64,000 bases of DNA from Acidimicrobiales bacterium (GTDB lineage Bacteria; Actinomycetota; Acidimicrobiia; Acidimicrobiales; JBBRKR01), in the NCBI GenBank assembly GCA_038231795.1, contig JBBRKR010000007.1, positions 16,491-80,490 of the forward strand, given 5' to 3'. Both the position numbers and the translations under genes were made by a program. The notes beneath the pieces are model-generated. The model ran no database searches. It had not been told where the DNA came from and saw nothing but the letters and a program-made list of their open reading frames with translations. Shown here piece by piece: positions 9,154 through 17,888 of this stretch; positions within the stretch are counted from its first letter, which is position 1; the number at the start of each line of letters is the position of its first letter.

Positions 9154-10008
9154 CTACTTAGGAAAGGCGTTCTGCAGCCGGGCCGCAGTGAGTGTGTTTT
9201 CCAACAGGCAGGCAATAGTCATGGGCCCGGTGCCGCCGGGCATTGGCGTGATGGCCCCGGCGACATGTTGCACGTTGTCGAAATCCACGTCGCCCACGAT
9301 GCCGCTTTCGGTGCGCGACACACCCACATCGATGACTGTGGCCCCGAGCTTCACGTGGTCGACGGTCACCATGCGAGCCTGGCCAGCGGCGGCCACAATG
9401 ATGTCGGCATCGCGACAAACGTCGATCATGTCGGGCGTGCGCGAATGGGCCAGCGTCACAGTGGCGTCGACACCCTTGCGGGCCAAAAGCAACACTTGGG
9501 GAAGGCCCACCAGGGTGCTGCGACCAATGACCACGGCCCGCTTGCCGGCGGTAGGAATGTTGTAGCGCTCCAGCAATCGGATGACCCCGAGAGGCGTGCA
9601 CGGCACGAGGCCAGGCGTACCGCGAACCAGCCGGCCCATCGATTGTTCTGTGAGTCCGTCGACGTCTTTCTCGGGCGGAATGTGGGCCAACACAGCCTCG
9701 GCATCGAGCCCGGCTGGCAACGGAAGTTGGCACAAAATGCCGTGAACAGAAGGGTCGGCGGCCAGCGCCTTAACGGCATCTTCGACCTGTTGCTGGGTGG
9801 CGTCTTGAGGGAGCTCCACGTGTCGCGATGCCATACCTGCTTCTTGAGCCTTCTTGTGCTTGGAACGCACGTAAATCTGGCTGGGTTTGTCGACGCCAAC
9901 CAACACGGTGGCGAGGCACACATTGGGGTTGCCAGCGGCTTCGATGGTGACCCGCAACTGGGCCACCATCTCGTCGCGAAGTTTGTTGCCATCGAGCAGT
10001 ATTGCCAC
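9154..10008 (-). CDS. folD: Bifunctional methylene-THF dehydrogenase / methenyl-THF cyclohydrolase
   Basis: 284 aa. LATVLVG...PSQIYVRSKHKKA, GILCQLPLP, VVIGRSTLVG and PGGTGPMT are classic FolD blocks. Confidence 0.9.
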   Translation of the reverse strand: MAILLDGNKLRDEMVAQLRVTIEAAGNPNVCLATVLVGVDKPSQIYVRSKHKKAQEAGMASRHVELPQDATQQQVEDAVKALAADPSVHGILCQLPLPAGLDAEAVLAHIPPEKDVDGLTEQSMGRLVRGTPGLVPCTPLGVIRLLERYNIPTAGKRAVVIGRSTLVGLPQVLLLARKGVDATVTLAHSRTPDMIDVCRDADIIVAAAGQARMVTVDHVKLGATVIDVGVSRTESGIVGDVDFDNVQHVAGAITPMPGGTGPMTIACLLENTLTAARLQNAFPK

Positions 10009-10041
10009 GATTGTTGTCGCTTTCTTGTCGTCGTTGACGGC

Positions 10042-11739
10042 CTAGCTGAGGCCGATGATTTCGCCGTTTTCATCGAAGTCGATGATGCTGGCAGCAGGGG
10101 CAGATCCGAGGCCGGGCATGGTGGTCATTTCGCCACAGATCGGGTAAATGAACCCTGCGCCCACCGAGGCACGGGCCTCTCGCACGTTGAGGGTGTGGCC
10201 AGTGGGCGCGCCCTTGAGGGTGGAGTCGCCAGAGATGGAAAGGTGAGTCTTGGCAATGCACACCGGAAGGTGGCCGAAGCCGTTCTTTTCGTAGCGGGCC
10301 AGCTGCGTGTTGGCTACTGCCGAGTAGGTGACATTGGCAGCGCCGTAGATCTTGGTAGCGACCGCTTCAATTTTCTCTTTGAGGGTGGCGGTGTCGGGGT
10401 AGCAGAAGGCGAACGTGTTCTCCTCGTTGCATGCTTCGACCACGGCGCGAGCCAGGTCGGTGGCGCCAGCACCGCCGTCAGCAAAGTGAGTGCATACCGC
10501 CACGCGGGCGCCGACTGATTCGGCGATTTCGCGGATGGCTTGATGCTCGCTGGCGAAGTCGCCGGGGAAGGCGTTGATGGCCACCACTGGTGACACGCCG
10601 TGCACCTTGACGTTTTCGATTTGCTTGATGAGGTTCGCAGCGCCGGCGCGCACGTCGTCGGGATTTTCGGCAAGCAGGTCGGCGGGAAGGGGCTTGCCGG
10701 CCACGATCTTGAACTTGCCACTGTGGGCCTTGAGGGCACGCACGGTGGCCACCAACACAGCTGCGTCGGGGACCATGCCAGAGTTACGGCACTTGATGTT
10801 GAAGAAGCGTTCTGCGCCCATGTCGGCGCCGAAGCCAGCCTCTGTGATGAGGTAGTCGCCGGCGTGGATGCCGATCATGTCACCCACGATTGACGAGTTG
10901 CCGTGAGCAATGTTGCCGAACGGACCAGCGTGGACAATCACAGGAGTGTTTTCGAGCGTCTGCAACAAGTTGGGCTTGATGGCTTCACGCATGATGACGG
11001 CCATGGAGCCGGCGCCTTTGAGTTGCTCGGCGGTGACGGGGGTGCCGTCTTTGGTGTAACCCACCACGATGCGTCCCATGCGGGCTCGCATGTCTTCCAC
11101 AGAGGTCGACAGCGCCAAGATGGCCATCACTTCGCTGGCGGCCGTGATGTCGAAACCGGTTTGGCGTACGACGCCATCGGCCTTGCCACCGAGGCCCACG
11201 ATGATGTTGCGCAGGCTGCGGTCGTTGACGTCCATCACTCGACGCCATGTGATGTTGTCGATATCAAGGCCCAACTCGTTGCCTTGGTGCAGATGGTTGT
11301 CGACCATGGCGCTGAGCAAATTGTGGGCTGCGGTCACGGCGTGGAAATCGCCGGTGAGGTGAAGGTTGAGCAATTCCATGGGAATCACTTGGCTGTACCC
11401 GCCGCCGGCCGCGCCGCCCTTGATACCAAACGTGGGGCCCATCGAAGGTTGGCGAAGGCTGATGACAGCGTTCTTGCCGATGTGCTTCATGGCTTGGCCG
11501 AGGCCGACGGTGGTGGTGGTTTTGCCTTCGCCCAGCGGTGTGGGGGTGATGGCGGTGACCACCACGTATTTGGCTTTGGGGCGATCTTTGAGTTCGTCGA
11601 TCGCTTCCAGTTTGATCTTGGCCAATTCGGGACCATACGATTCTAGCAGATGAGGACCGATGCCCATTTGGGCGGCGATTTCGGTGAGCGGCAGTGGTTT
11701 GCCTGCTCGGGCGATTTCAAGATCAGACGGAAATCCCAT
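10042..11739 (-). CDS. fhs: Formate--tetrahydrofolate ligase
   Basis: TPLGEGKTTTTVGL P-loop and family-wide conservation. The start is chosen at ATG 11739 (MGFPSDLEIA...). The longest ORF begins at GTG 11790. Confidence 0.9.
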   Translation of the reverse strand: MGFPSDLEIARAGKPLPLTEIAAQMGIGPHLLESYGPELAKIKLEAIDELKDRPKAKYVVVTAITPTPLGEGKTTTTVGLGQAMKHIGKNAVISLRQPSMGPTFGIKGGAAGGGYSQVIPMELLNLHLTGDFHAVTAAHNLLSAMVDNHLHQGNELGLDIDNITWRRVMDVNDRSLRNIIVGLGGKADGVVRQTGFDITAASEVMAILALSTSVEDMRARMGRIVVGYTKDGTPVTAEQLKGAGSMAVIMREAIKPNLLQTLENTPVIVHAGPFGNIAHGNSSIVGDMIGIHAGDYLITEAGFGADMGAERFFNIKCRNSGMVPDAAVLVATVRALKAHSGKFKIVAGKPLPADLLAENPDDVRAGAANLIKQIENVKVHGVSPVVAINAFPGDFASEHQAIREIAESVGARVAVCTHFADGGAGATDLARAVVEACNEENTFAFCYPDTATLKEKIEAVATKIYGAANVTYSAVANTQLARYEKNGFGHLPVCIAKTHLSISGDSTLKGAPTGHTLNVREARASVGAGFIYPICGEMTTMPGLGSAPAASIIDFDENGEIIGLS

Positions 11740-11800
11740 GGCGTACAGTCCCCTTGTGCATTCGATTCGCCCTTGTGGCGCAGAACCCACAGTCTAACCT

Positions 11801-11840
11801 ACGATTCCATCATGAGGAACGATTCCGCTTCGTGGAATAC
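11801..11840. promoter_or_regulatory. GGAA/TTCC repeat cluster in the divergent fhs / pabBC promoter region
   Basis: ACGATTCC is a direct repeat at 11801-08 and 11819-26. Inverted repeats are TTCC-N7-GGAA (11805-19), GGAA-CGA-TTCC (11816-26) and ATTCC-N7-GGAAT (11822-38). It shares GGAA-N4-TCCGC-N3-GTGGAAT with 5145-5167. Confidence 0.45.
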
Positions 11841-13691
11841 CTGACCAACACCGTGCCTGTTTTGGAATCGACGTCGGCAATCAATGTTCGTTTTGACGAC
11901 CTCACTCCTGGCGCTCCCCAAGCGTGGGAGTTTGTCGGCCTGGAGTCGATCATCGTGGCCACCGGTTTTGATGACGTGGTTCCCGCGTTGGCCGAAGCAT
12001 CACAGGCCGCTGGAGCTGGAAAATGGGTGGCGGGATTTGTGAGCTATGAGGCCGCTGCTGGCATCGATTCCTTGTTCGTCATTTCGGCTAGCGACCATGC
12101 ATGCCTGCCGTTGGTGTGGTTCGGGGTATTCGATTCCCGCACACCTGTTGAGCCGATCGATGCCCAGCCGCCCACGCCCGATGAGTGGTCGGTGGCCGAT
12201 GTGTCGCTGGCCTTCGGACGAGAGTGGCATACGAAATCGGTGGAGGTCATTCGAGAAGCGATTGCCGCTGGCGACGTGTATCAAGTGAATCTGTGCGACA
12301 GAGCGCGAGGCGTGTTTGCGGGCGACTCGCTGGCCATGTACCGATCGTTGGCTCACGCCCAACGCGCCAAATATCACGCCTACATTTCGACGCCCGATTT
12401 CACCGTGGTATCGGCATCGCCGGAATTGTTTTTCGAACTCTCCTCCCCTGTTGTCGATGGCTCTTCGGCGGGCCAGATGATTCGCACCCGTCCCATGAAA
12501 GGCACCGCTCGACGGGGCCGATGGCCAGCAGAAGATCGGGCTCGGGCGGCGGCACTTTTCGAATCGCCAAAGGAGCGGGCCGAGAACGTGATGATCGTGG
12601 ATCTATTGCGCAACGACCTGGGCCGCATAGCCGAGGTGGGCTCTGTGCAGGTGACTGATTTGCTTGGCCTCGAGCGCTATCCCACGGTGTGGCAATTGAC
12701 GTCGACCATCGAAGCGAACCTGACGCCGGGCACCGATTTCGTCGACGTGATGACGGCGTTGTTTCCGTGTGGTTCGATCACTGGTGCACCGAAAATCGCC
12801 GCCATCCACCACATTGCCGATCTGGAACACGAGCCGCGTGGTGTGTATTGCGGCGCCATTGGATGGCTCGCTCCGCCTCACGCAACCGGGCCGGCGGCAC
12901 GGTTTTCGGTGGCGATCCGCACCGCAGTAATCGACCAGCGAAGTGGCGCTGTGGAGTACGGGGCGGGCGGCGGGATCACTATCGATTCGGAACCAGTGGC
13001 CGAGTTCGATGAGCTCCGCTCGAAGCACAGAATTCTGACTCACCCGTCGGCCACGGCATCGATTCTGGAGACCATGTTGTGGACGTCGGCGGCCGGGATC
13101 GAGTTGCTGGAATCTCATCTCGATCGCATGGAGCGGTCGGCCGAATACTTCGCCCATCCCTTCGATCGCCACGCCATCCGATCGGAGATTCTTGCCGTGT
13201 GTGGCGCAGGTGGTTCGGAAGCGTTCATGGTGCGAGCGTTGCTCAACCCCCATGGCGTGCTGACGGTTGAATTGCGCGATCCGCCGGCTGCTCACGGCGG
13301 GCCGGTTCGATTGGCGGTGCACCATCACGCAATCGACAACAATGATCCCCGGTGGTACCACAAGACGACCGACCGGGCCCGTTACGCGGAGGCCAAACTG
13401 CACCACCCCGATGCCGACGACATCGTGTTCGTGAACCAGTACGGCCAAGTCACAGAGACCACGATGTACGCAGTGGCAGCGCTCATCGATGGCGTGTGGC
13501 TCACCCCGCCTATCGAAGACGGGTGCCTGCCCAGTGTGGCCACCCGAACTGCGGTTGCCCTGGGCCATTTGACGCGTTCGTCAATTTCGGTGGAACAATT
13601 CTTGGCGGCGTCGGAAATCAAAGTGGGGAATGCGGTGCGGGGCTGGCAACCGGCCAGTGCACATTCAGAGCCACTGGTTTCCGAAAGATAA
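11832..13691 (+). CDS. pabB: Fused aminodeoxychorismate synthase component I (PabB) and aminodeoxychorismate lyase-like class IV aminotransferase (PabC)
   Basis: Chorismate-binding blocks VYQVNL, PELFFEL, TRPMKGTARRG, ENVMIVDLLRNDLGR, FPCGSITGAPK and RGVYCGAIGW, followed by a C-terminal ~200 aa class IV-like domain. The start is uncertain: GTG 11694 would overlap fhs, and GTG 11832 or GTG 11853 are the alternatives. Confidence 0.8.
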   Translation: MEYLTNTVPVLESTSAINVRFDDLTPGAPQAWEFVGLESIIVATGFDDVVPALAEASQAAGAGKWVAGFVSYEAAAGIDSLFVISASDHACLPLVWFGVFDSRTPVEPIDAQPPTPDEWSVADVSLAFGREWHTKSVEVIREAIAAGDVYQVNLCDRARGVFAGDSLAMYRSLAHAQRAKYHAYISTPDFTVVSASPELFFELSSPVVDGSSAGQMIRTRPMKGTARRGRWPAEDRARAAALFESPKERAENVMIVDLLRNDLGRIAEVGSVQVTDLLGLERYPTVWQLTSTIEANLTPGTDFVDVMTALFPCGSITGAPKIAAIHHIADLEHEPRGVYCGAIGWLAPPHATGPAARFSVAIRTAVIDQRSGAVEYGAGGGITIDSEPVAEFDELRSKHRILTHPSATASILETMLWTSAAGIELLESHLDRMERSAEYFAHPFDRHAIRSEILAVCGAGGSEAFMVRALLNPHGVLTVELRDPPAAHGGPVRLAVHHHAIDNNDPRWYHKTTDRARYAEAKLHHPDADDIVFVNQYGQVTETTMYAVAALIDGVWLTPPIEDGCLPSVATRTAVALGHLTRSSISVEQFLAASEIKVGNAVRGWQPASAHSEPLVSER

Positions 13692-14778
13692 CGCCTGCCG
13701 TTTTTGGTTCGCCATCAAGGCGAATGTGGGGCAAAAATTTGATGATCGAACTCAGCGCGCTGCGGGCTTCCATACGAGCAAGCTGGGCGCCGATACAGGC
13801 GTGCGGGCCTTGGGCGAAGGTCACGTGATTGCGTGCGTTGAATCGGCTGATATCGAATTCGTCGGGATTTTTGAAGTAGTCAGGATCGCGGTTCGCTCCG
13901 GCAAGAGACACGACCACGAGGTCTCCAGTGGAGATTTTGGCGCCCCCCAAAGTGGTGTCGCACGTGGCGTACCTGTCGACGCGGGCGGCAGCGGGCTCGA
14001 ATCGCAACGACTCGTCTACGGCGCCATCGATCAATTCCGGCGCGTTGCGCACGGCCTCGAATTGGGCGGGATGCATCAACAAATGGTGGATCAAATTTGC
14101 CGTCATGGCCTCACTGGTTTCGATGCCGCCGAAGAGGAATACTGCGGCATTCGAAGCCACTTCATCGGGTGTGAGATGAAGGGCCGCTTCGGCAAGAGGT
14201 GACGCCTCGGCAAGTTGCGCTTCGCCGATGGCAGCGGCCAAATTTCGGTACGCCATCGCCCCGGCTTCGCTCACTGGATGGCCCTGCGACACACCTTCCA
14301 CGCTCTGAACGATGGCCTCATACCAACGCAACAAGTCGGTCGTATTCACGTCGTGCAGGCCAAGCGAAAGCGCGACGACCGACACTGCCAAAGGTCCGCA
14401 CAATTGCCTCCTCAATTCGGCCGTGCCATTGTCTTGCAGGCCGATCACAAGGCCGTCGGATGCTTGTTGGATTCGGTCGGCGTAGTGGGCCACCACGGCG
14501 GGCCGGAAGGCGTCCACGAACGGCTGGCGATGGCGTCGTTGATCAACGCCGTCGAGCGACAACATGCTGGGGCCCACCACTTGGGCGGTGCTGAATCGGG
14601 GGTCGTCGACGGTGAAGGTGGCGGCATCGCGCATGACCTCGATGGCGAGCTGGCGAGAGGTTACGACCCAACCGCCCAAGGCCTGCGCCCATGCCACTGG
14701 CGATGACGCTCGCAGCGCGGCGATGGCCTCATGATGCCGTTCGTCAAACATAGCGAGTGACAACTCAGGCAAGGTCAT
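13618..14778 (-). CDS. Cytochrome P450
   Basis: 386 aa. Heme-thiolate loop FAQGPHACIGAQLA and an EXXR region (ESLRFEP). Its 3' end overlaps the convergent pabBC by 74 nt. Confidence 0.85.
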   Translation of the reverse strand: MTLPELSLAMFDERHHEAIAALRASSPVAWAQALGGWVVTSRQLAIEVMRDAATFTVDDPRFSTAQVVGPSMLSLDGVDQRRHRQPFVDAFRPAVVAHYADRIQQASDGLVIGLQDNGTAELRRQLCGPLAVSVVALSLGLHDVNTTDLLRWYEAIVQSVEGVSQGHPVSEAGAMAYRNLAAAIGEAQLAEASPLAEAALHLTPDEVASNAAVFLFGGIETSEAMTANLIHHLLMHPAQFEAVRNAPELIDGAVDESLRFEPAAARVDRYATCDTTLGGAKISTGDLVVVSLAGANRDPDYFKNPDEFDISRFNARNHVTFAQGPHACIGAQLARMEARSALSSIIKFLPHIRLDGEPKTAGVIFRKPVALNVHWPVASPAPHSPL

Positions 14779-14906
14779 GAGCAGGCAGGTTACCGATCGC
14801 CGCGACGAGTCGCCTCAGCTGGCTCGGAGGTCAATGGTCCAGCGCCCAAAGGGCAGAGCCGAGCTCCCGAACTAAGATGCGCCGACACGAAAGGCCGACG
14901 GCGCGC

Positions 14907-16502
14907 ATGACTTCCCCGATGAACATCAATTCCGAAGCAACGCGTCGACGCACGTTTGCCATCATCAGCCACCCCGACGCCGGCAAAACAACGCTGACGG
15001 AAAAGTTCCTTTTGTACGCTGGCGCGGTACGTGAAGCAGGAGCAGTCAACGCTCACACCGGCAAAAAATCAGTGACGTCTGACTGGATGGATATTGAGCG
15101 CCAGCGCGGCATTTCGATCTCGTCGGCCGTAATGCAATTCGAATACCGCGACCACATGTTCAACCTTCTCGACACCCCTGGCCACCGCGATTTTTCCGAA
15201 GACACTTATCGCGTTTTGGCCGCTGTCGACGCGGTGATCATGGTGCTCGATACGGCCAAGGGCATCGAGTCGCAAACGCTGAAACTGTTCCAGGTGTGCC
15301 GCAGCCGCAACCTGCCGGTGTTGACGTTTATCAACAAGTTCGATCGGCCGGGGCGCGACCCGCTCGAACTGCTCGACGAGATCGAAGAAAAGATTGGTCT
15401 CCGACCCACGCCTGCCACATGGCCGGTGGGCATTCCTGGCGATTTTCGAGGCGTGATCGATCGCCGCACTGGCGAGTACATCCGCTTCACTCGCACCGCC
15501 CGGGGCAGCGCGTTGGCACCCGAGGAAATCATTCCCATCGAGCGCGCTGAAATCGAAGAAGGCGAATCGTGGAAGGCGGCGAAAGATTCGGCTTCGCTGC
15601 TTGACGCCATTGGGGCCGACGTCGATATTCCGTCGTTTCTGGCCGGCAAATCGACGCCCGTTTTTGTGGGTTCTGCGCTCACAAATTTCGGGGTGCGGAT
15701 GCTGCTCGACGCCATGATCGACCTTGCTCCCCCGCCCTCTCCACGGCCTGATATCGCGGGTGTATCTCGGGCGTTGGACGGCGAATTTTCAGCGTTTGTT
15801 TTCAAGATTCAGGCCAACATGGATCCCCGCCATCGGGACCGTTTGGCGTTTGCCAGAGTGTGCTCCGGCTATTTCGAACGGGCCATGGATGCCAACTGCG
15901 CACGCACTGGGAAACCCGTCGCCACCAAGTTCGCCACTACCGCGTTTGGCGCCGAACGCGAGACCATCGAAGACGCCTACCCGGGCGACATTATTGGCCT
16001 GATCAACGCCACTGGCATCCAGATCGGCGACACGTTGTACGCCGGTAGCGCCATCACCATGCCGGGCATTCCCCGCTTCGCTCCCGAGGTGTACGCCATT
16101 GCCAGGCCGTTGGATTTAGGACGGTTCAAACAGTTCCGCCGTGGGCTTGCGCAACTCGATGAAGAGGGCGTGGTGCAAGTGTTGCGCGACCTTGATGTGG
16201 GTGATTCAGAGCCTGTGTTGGCCGCAGTGGGGGCGTTGCAATTTGAGGTTTTTGCCCATCGCCTGGCCAACGAATTCAACTCGCCTGCTGAGCTTCGGCC
16301 GGTGAGTTATCAAGGCATCCGTTTGACCGATGCGGCGAGTGCTCCCAAGCTGCGATCAATCGGCGGCATCAAAATCATGCGGCGCGGCGACGGGGCGCTG
16401 GTGGCCCTTTTCGAGAACCGTTATCGACTGCAACGAATCGAAACCGACTACCCGGAATTGACGCTCGAACACATCATCGCTGACGTGGCGCCTACTGAAT
16501 GA
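14907..16502 (+). CDS. prfC: Peptide chain release factor 3 (GTPase)
   Basis: RRRTFAIISHPDAGKTTLTEK, DTPGHRDF and NKFDR GTPase motifs. Start at ATG 14907; the longest ORF starts at 14877. Confidence 0.9.
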   Translation: MTSPMNINSEATRRRTFAIISHPDAGKTTLTEKFLLYAGAVREAGAVNAHTGKKSVTSDWMDIERQRGISISSAVMQFEYRDHMFNLLDTPGHRDFSEDTYRVLAAVDAVIMVLDTAKGIESQTLKLFQVCRSRNLPVLTFINKFDRPGRDPLELLDEIEEKIGLRPTPATWPVGIPGDFRGVIDRRTGEYIRFTRTARGSALAPEEIIPIERAEIEEGESWKAAKDSASLLDAIGADVDIPSFLAGKSTPVFVGSALTNFGVRMLLDAMIDLAPPPSPRPDIAGVSRALDGEFSAFVFKIQANMDPRHRDRLAFARVCSGYFERAMDANCARTGKPVATKFATTAFGAERETIEDAYPGDIIGLINATGIQIGDTLYAGSAITMPGIPRFAPEVYAIARPLDLGRFKQFRRGLAQLDEEGVVQVLRDLDVGDSEPVLAAVGALQFEVFAHRLANEFNSPAELRPVSYQGIRLTDAASAPKLRSIGGIKIMRRGDGALVALFENRYRLQRIETDYPELTLEHIIADVAPTE

Positions 16503-16543
16503 TGTAGGTGGCGGCGCTTCGACGCGGCTAACATGCGTGCGCT

Positions 16544-16617
<74 letters not shown>

Positions 16618-16643
16618 ATAAATGCCCAGTTCAAATGCTATTT

Positions 16644-16853
16644 GGCGCTGACCCCTACCTTCGCCGAGGGTGGGTCGTGCAAGTAGCGTGCAAATAGTGG
16701 CGGACAACGCCGGTCACTGAACTGACCGACCCATCGGCGCCGGGTCGACGCCGATGGGTCTTCACCGTCAACATCCCAAGAGTCGCTCTGCGGCTGCCCG
16801 GCCGTCGAACTTGCCGATCCGCAAGCAAGGGGGTTAGATTCCCCCAGCTCCAC
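16644..16853 (+). other. tmRNA/tRNA-like remnant (degenerate; not a confident RNA gene)
   Basis: The 3' part GGGGG-TTAGATT-CCCCC-AGCTCCAC (16829-16853) looks like a T-arm plus a tmRNA-type acceptor end (CAGCTCCA). The 5' GGCGCTGA (16644-16651) can pair with it in 6 of 7 positions. Against it: the T-loop C56 equivalent is A, position 3 is C instead of G, there is no CCA, the span is only ~210 nt, and I found no clean tag ORF. Confidence 0.2.
16728..16760. other. Perfect 12-bp GC-rich hairpin in a non-coding stretch
   Basis: GACCCATCGGCG (16728-39), a 9-nt loop, then CGCCGATGGGTC (16749-60). There is no clear U-run. It lies between tRNA-Gly and the convergent DUF429 pseudogene. Confidence 0.5.
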
Positions 16854-17066
16854 AAGACAAAACACCACGTAGATAGCTCTTTCTGAGACCTTCAGGAAGG
16901 GCCAATCTACCGGATTTCTACCGCTACGCAGAGCACACCCGATGAGGCTTGACCCAATGTGCTTGAGACCGATGTGCTGTACTGCACGATCAGTTCGATG
17001 GCCGAGAGTGCGTTGTCGACATGCGTGACCCGTTAGTGCCGCGTAACCTTGAGGCTGAGTCACCTC

Positions 17067-17887
17067 TCAAGATCCGTCGTCGCGGGACTGCTGGCGTTGG
17101 CTCGCACGAGCTGGGGCAATGATCGTGGCCGCGGTCGCGTCGTCGACATCGCCGAGGACTTGGCAACGCTTCAACCCGTGTCGAAGCCAGAGGAGGCCCG
17201 TCCATGCGCAAATCGCGGCGTCGACGAGATCCTCACGATGCTTGTAGGCCGTATCGACGATCGGGCTCTTCTCATCCAGGAGCGCCGTCGTCACTGGATG
17301 CGAGCGCAGCCGGAGCGGCGGGTCAACTACAGCGAGCGCGTCCAGGCGGGCAAGTAGATCGTCGCAGACGGCCGCCCGATGAGGTCGAAACGCTGACGTA
17401 GCCATTGCCTTCGGTTTCCGTTTGTACACGGGACGCTCCTCGTCATAACCGAACTCGGCCGCACCGACCAACGCTGTGAACGGATAGCACTCGCTGAAGT
17501 GTCGGCCTTTCGTTGGTGGCCCGGACCAGCCATCGCTGTAGTTCCATCCGCGCTGTCGAGCAGAAGGCGCAGCTCCAGCCCACCGAGATTCCGGGAGGCG
17601 AGATTGGTGCTGTTCGCCGACACCTTCCACTTGCCGTATCGCTGGCCGGTGTGCTTCTCGCACGCCCGCTGTCCGGACGCGTTCGTCACGACGAGCGGGG
17701 CGTCGATCATCGCGAACGCCTCCACTCCGGCGTTAGCCTCCATCCAATCGAGCGTGTGATCGAGTCCACGAGTCCAGCCCGCATCGACGACCGTTCCGTC
17801 GAGTCCGACGGCGACAACTCCGGTCTCGTTTGAGACGCCGGACTTCTTGTTGGTCGCCCATGCGAGATCGATCCCTAGGATTCTCAA
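17067..17887 (-). pseudogene. DUF429-family (RNase H-like fold) gene split by a frameshift
   Basis: The N-terminal half (MRILGIDLAW...IDAPLVV...GGLELRLLL) is in the frame of ORF 17327-17887. The C-terminal half (GWNYSDGWSGPPTKGRHFSECYP...HREDLVDAAICAWTGLLW) is in the frame of ORF 17067-17663. The frame switch is near 17540-17600. Confidence 0.6.
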
Positions 17888-17888
17888 C

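Noticed and set aside
9091-10518. A 475-aa plus-strand ORF, one of the longest in the track.
   Set aside because: It is entirely antisense to the strongly conserved folD and fhs genes. Its composition is Gly/Arg/His/Val-rich low complexity with no recognisable motif. This is a typical shadow ORF of high-GC DNA.
11740-11831. A possible THF or other riboswitch in the fhs leader.
   Set aside because: The region is too short (~90 nt) and is dominated by GGAA/TTCC repeats. I recognise no conserved riboswitch core. An Rfam scan would be the decisive test.
15206-15805. A 199-aa minus-strand ORF inside prfC.
   Set aside because: It is antisense to a universally conserved GTPase gene and gives a Ser/Ala/Arg-rich, featureless translation.
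16638-17063. A 141-aa minus-strand ORF after tRNA-Gly, considered as a candidate integrase remnant.
   Set aside because: No tyrosine or serine recombinase motifs are present. It overlaps the tRNA-like fragment and the hairpin, so the region is more likely non-coding.
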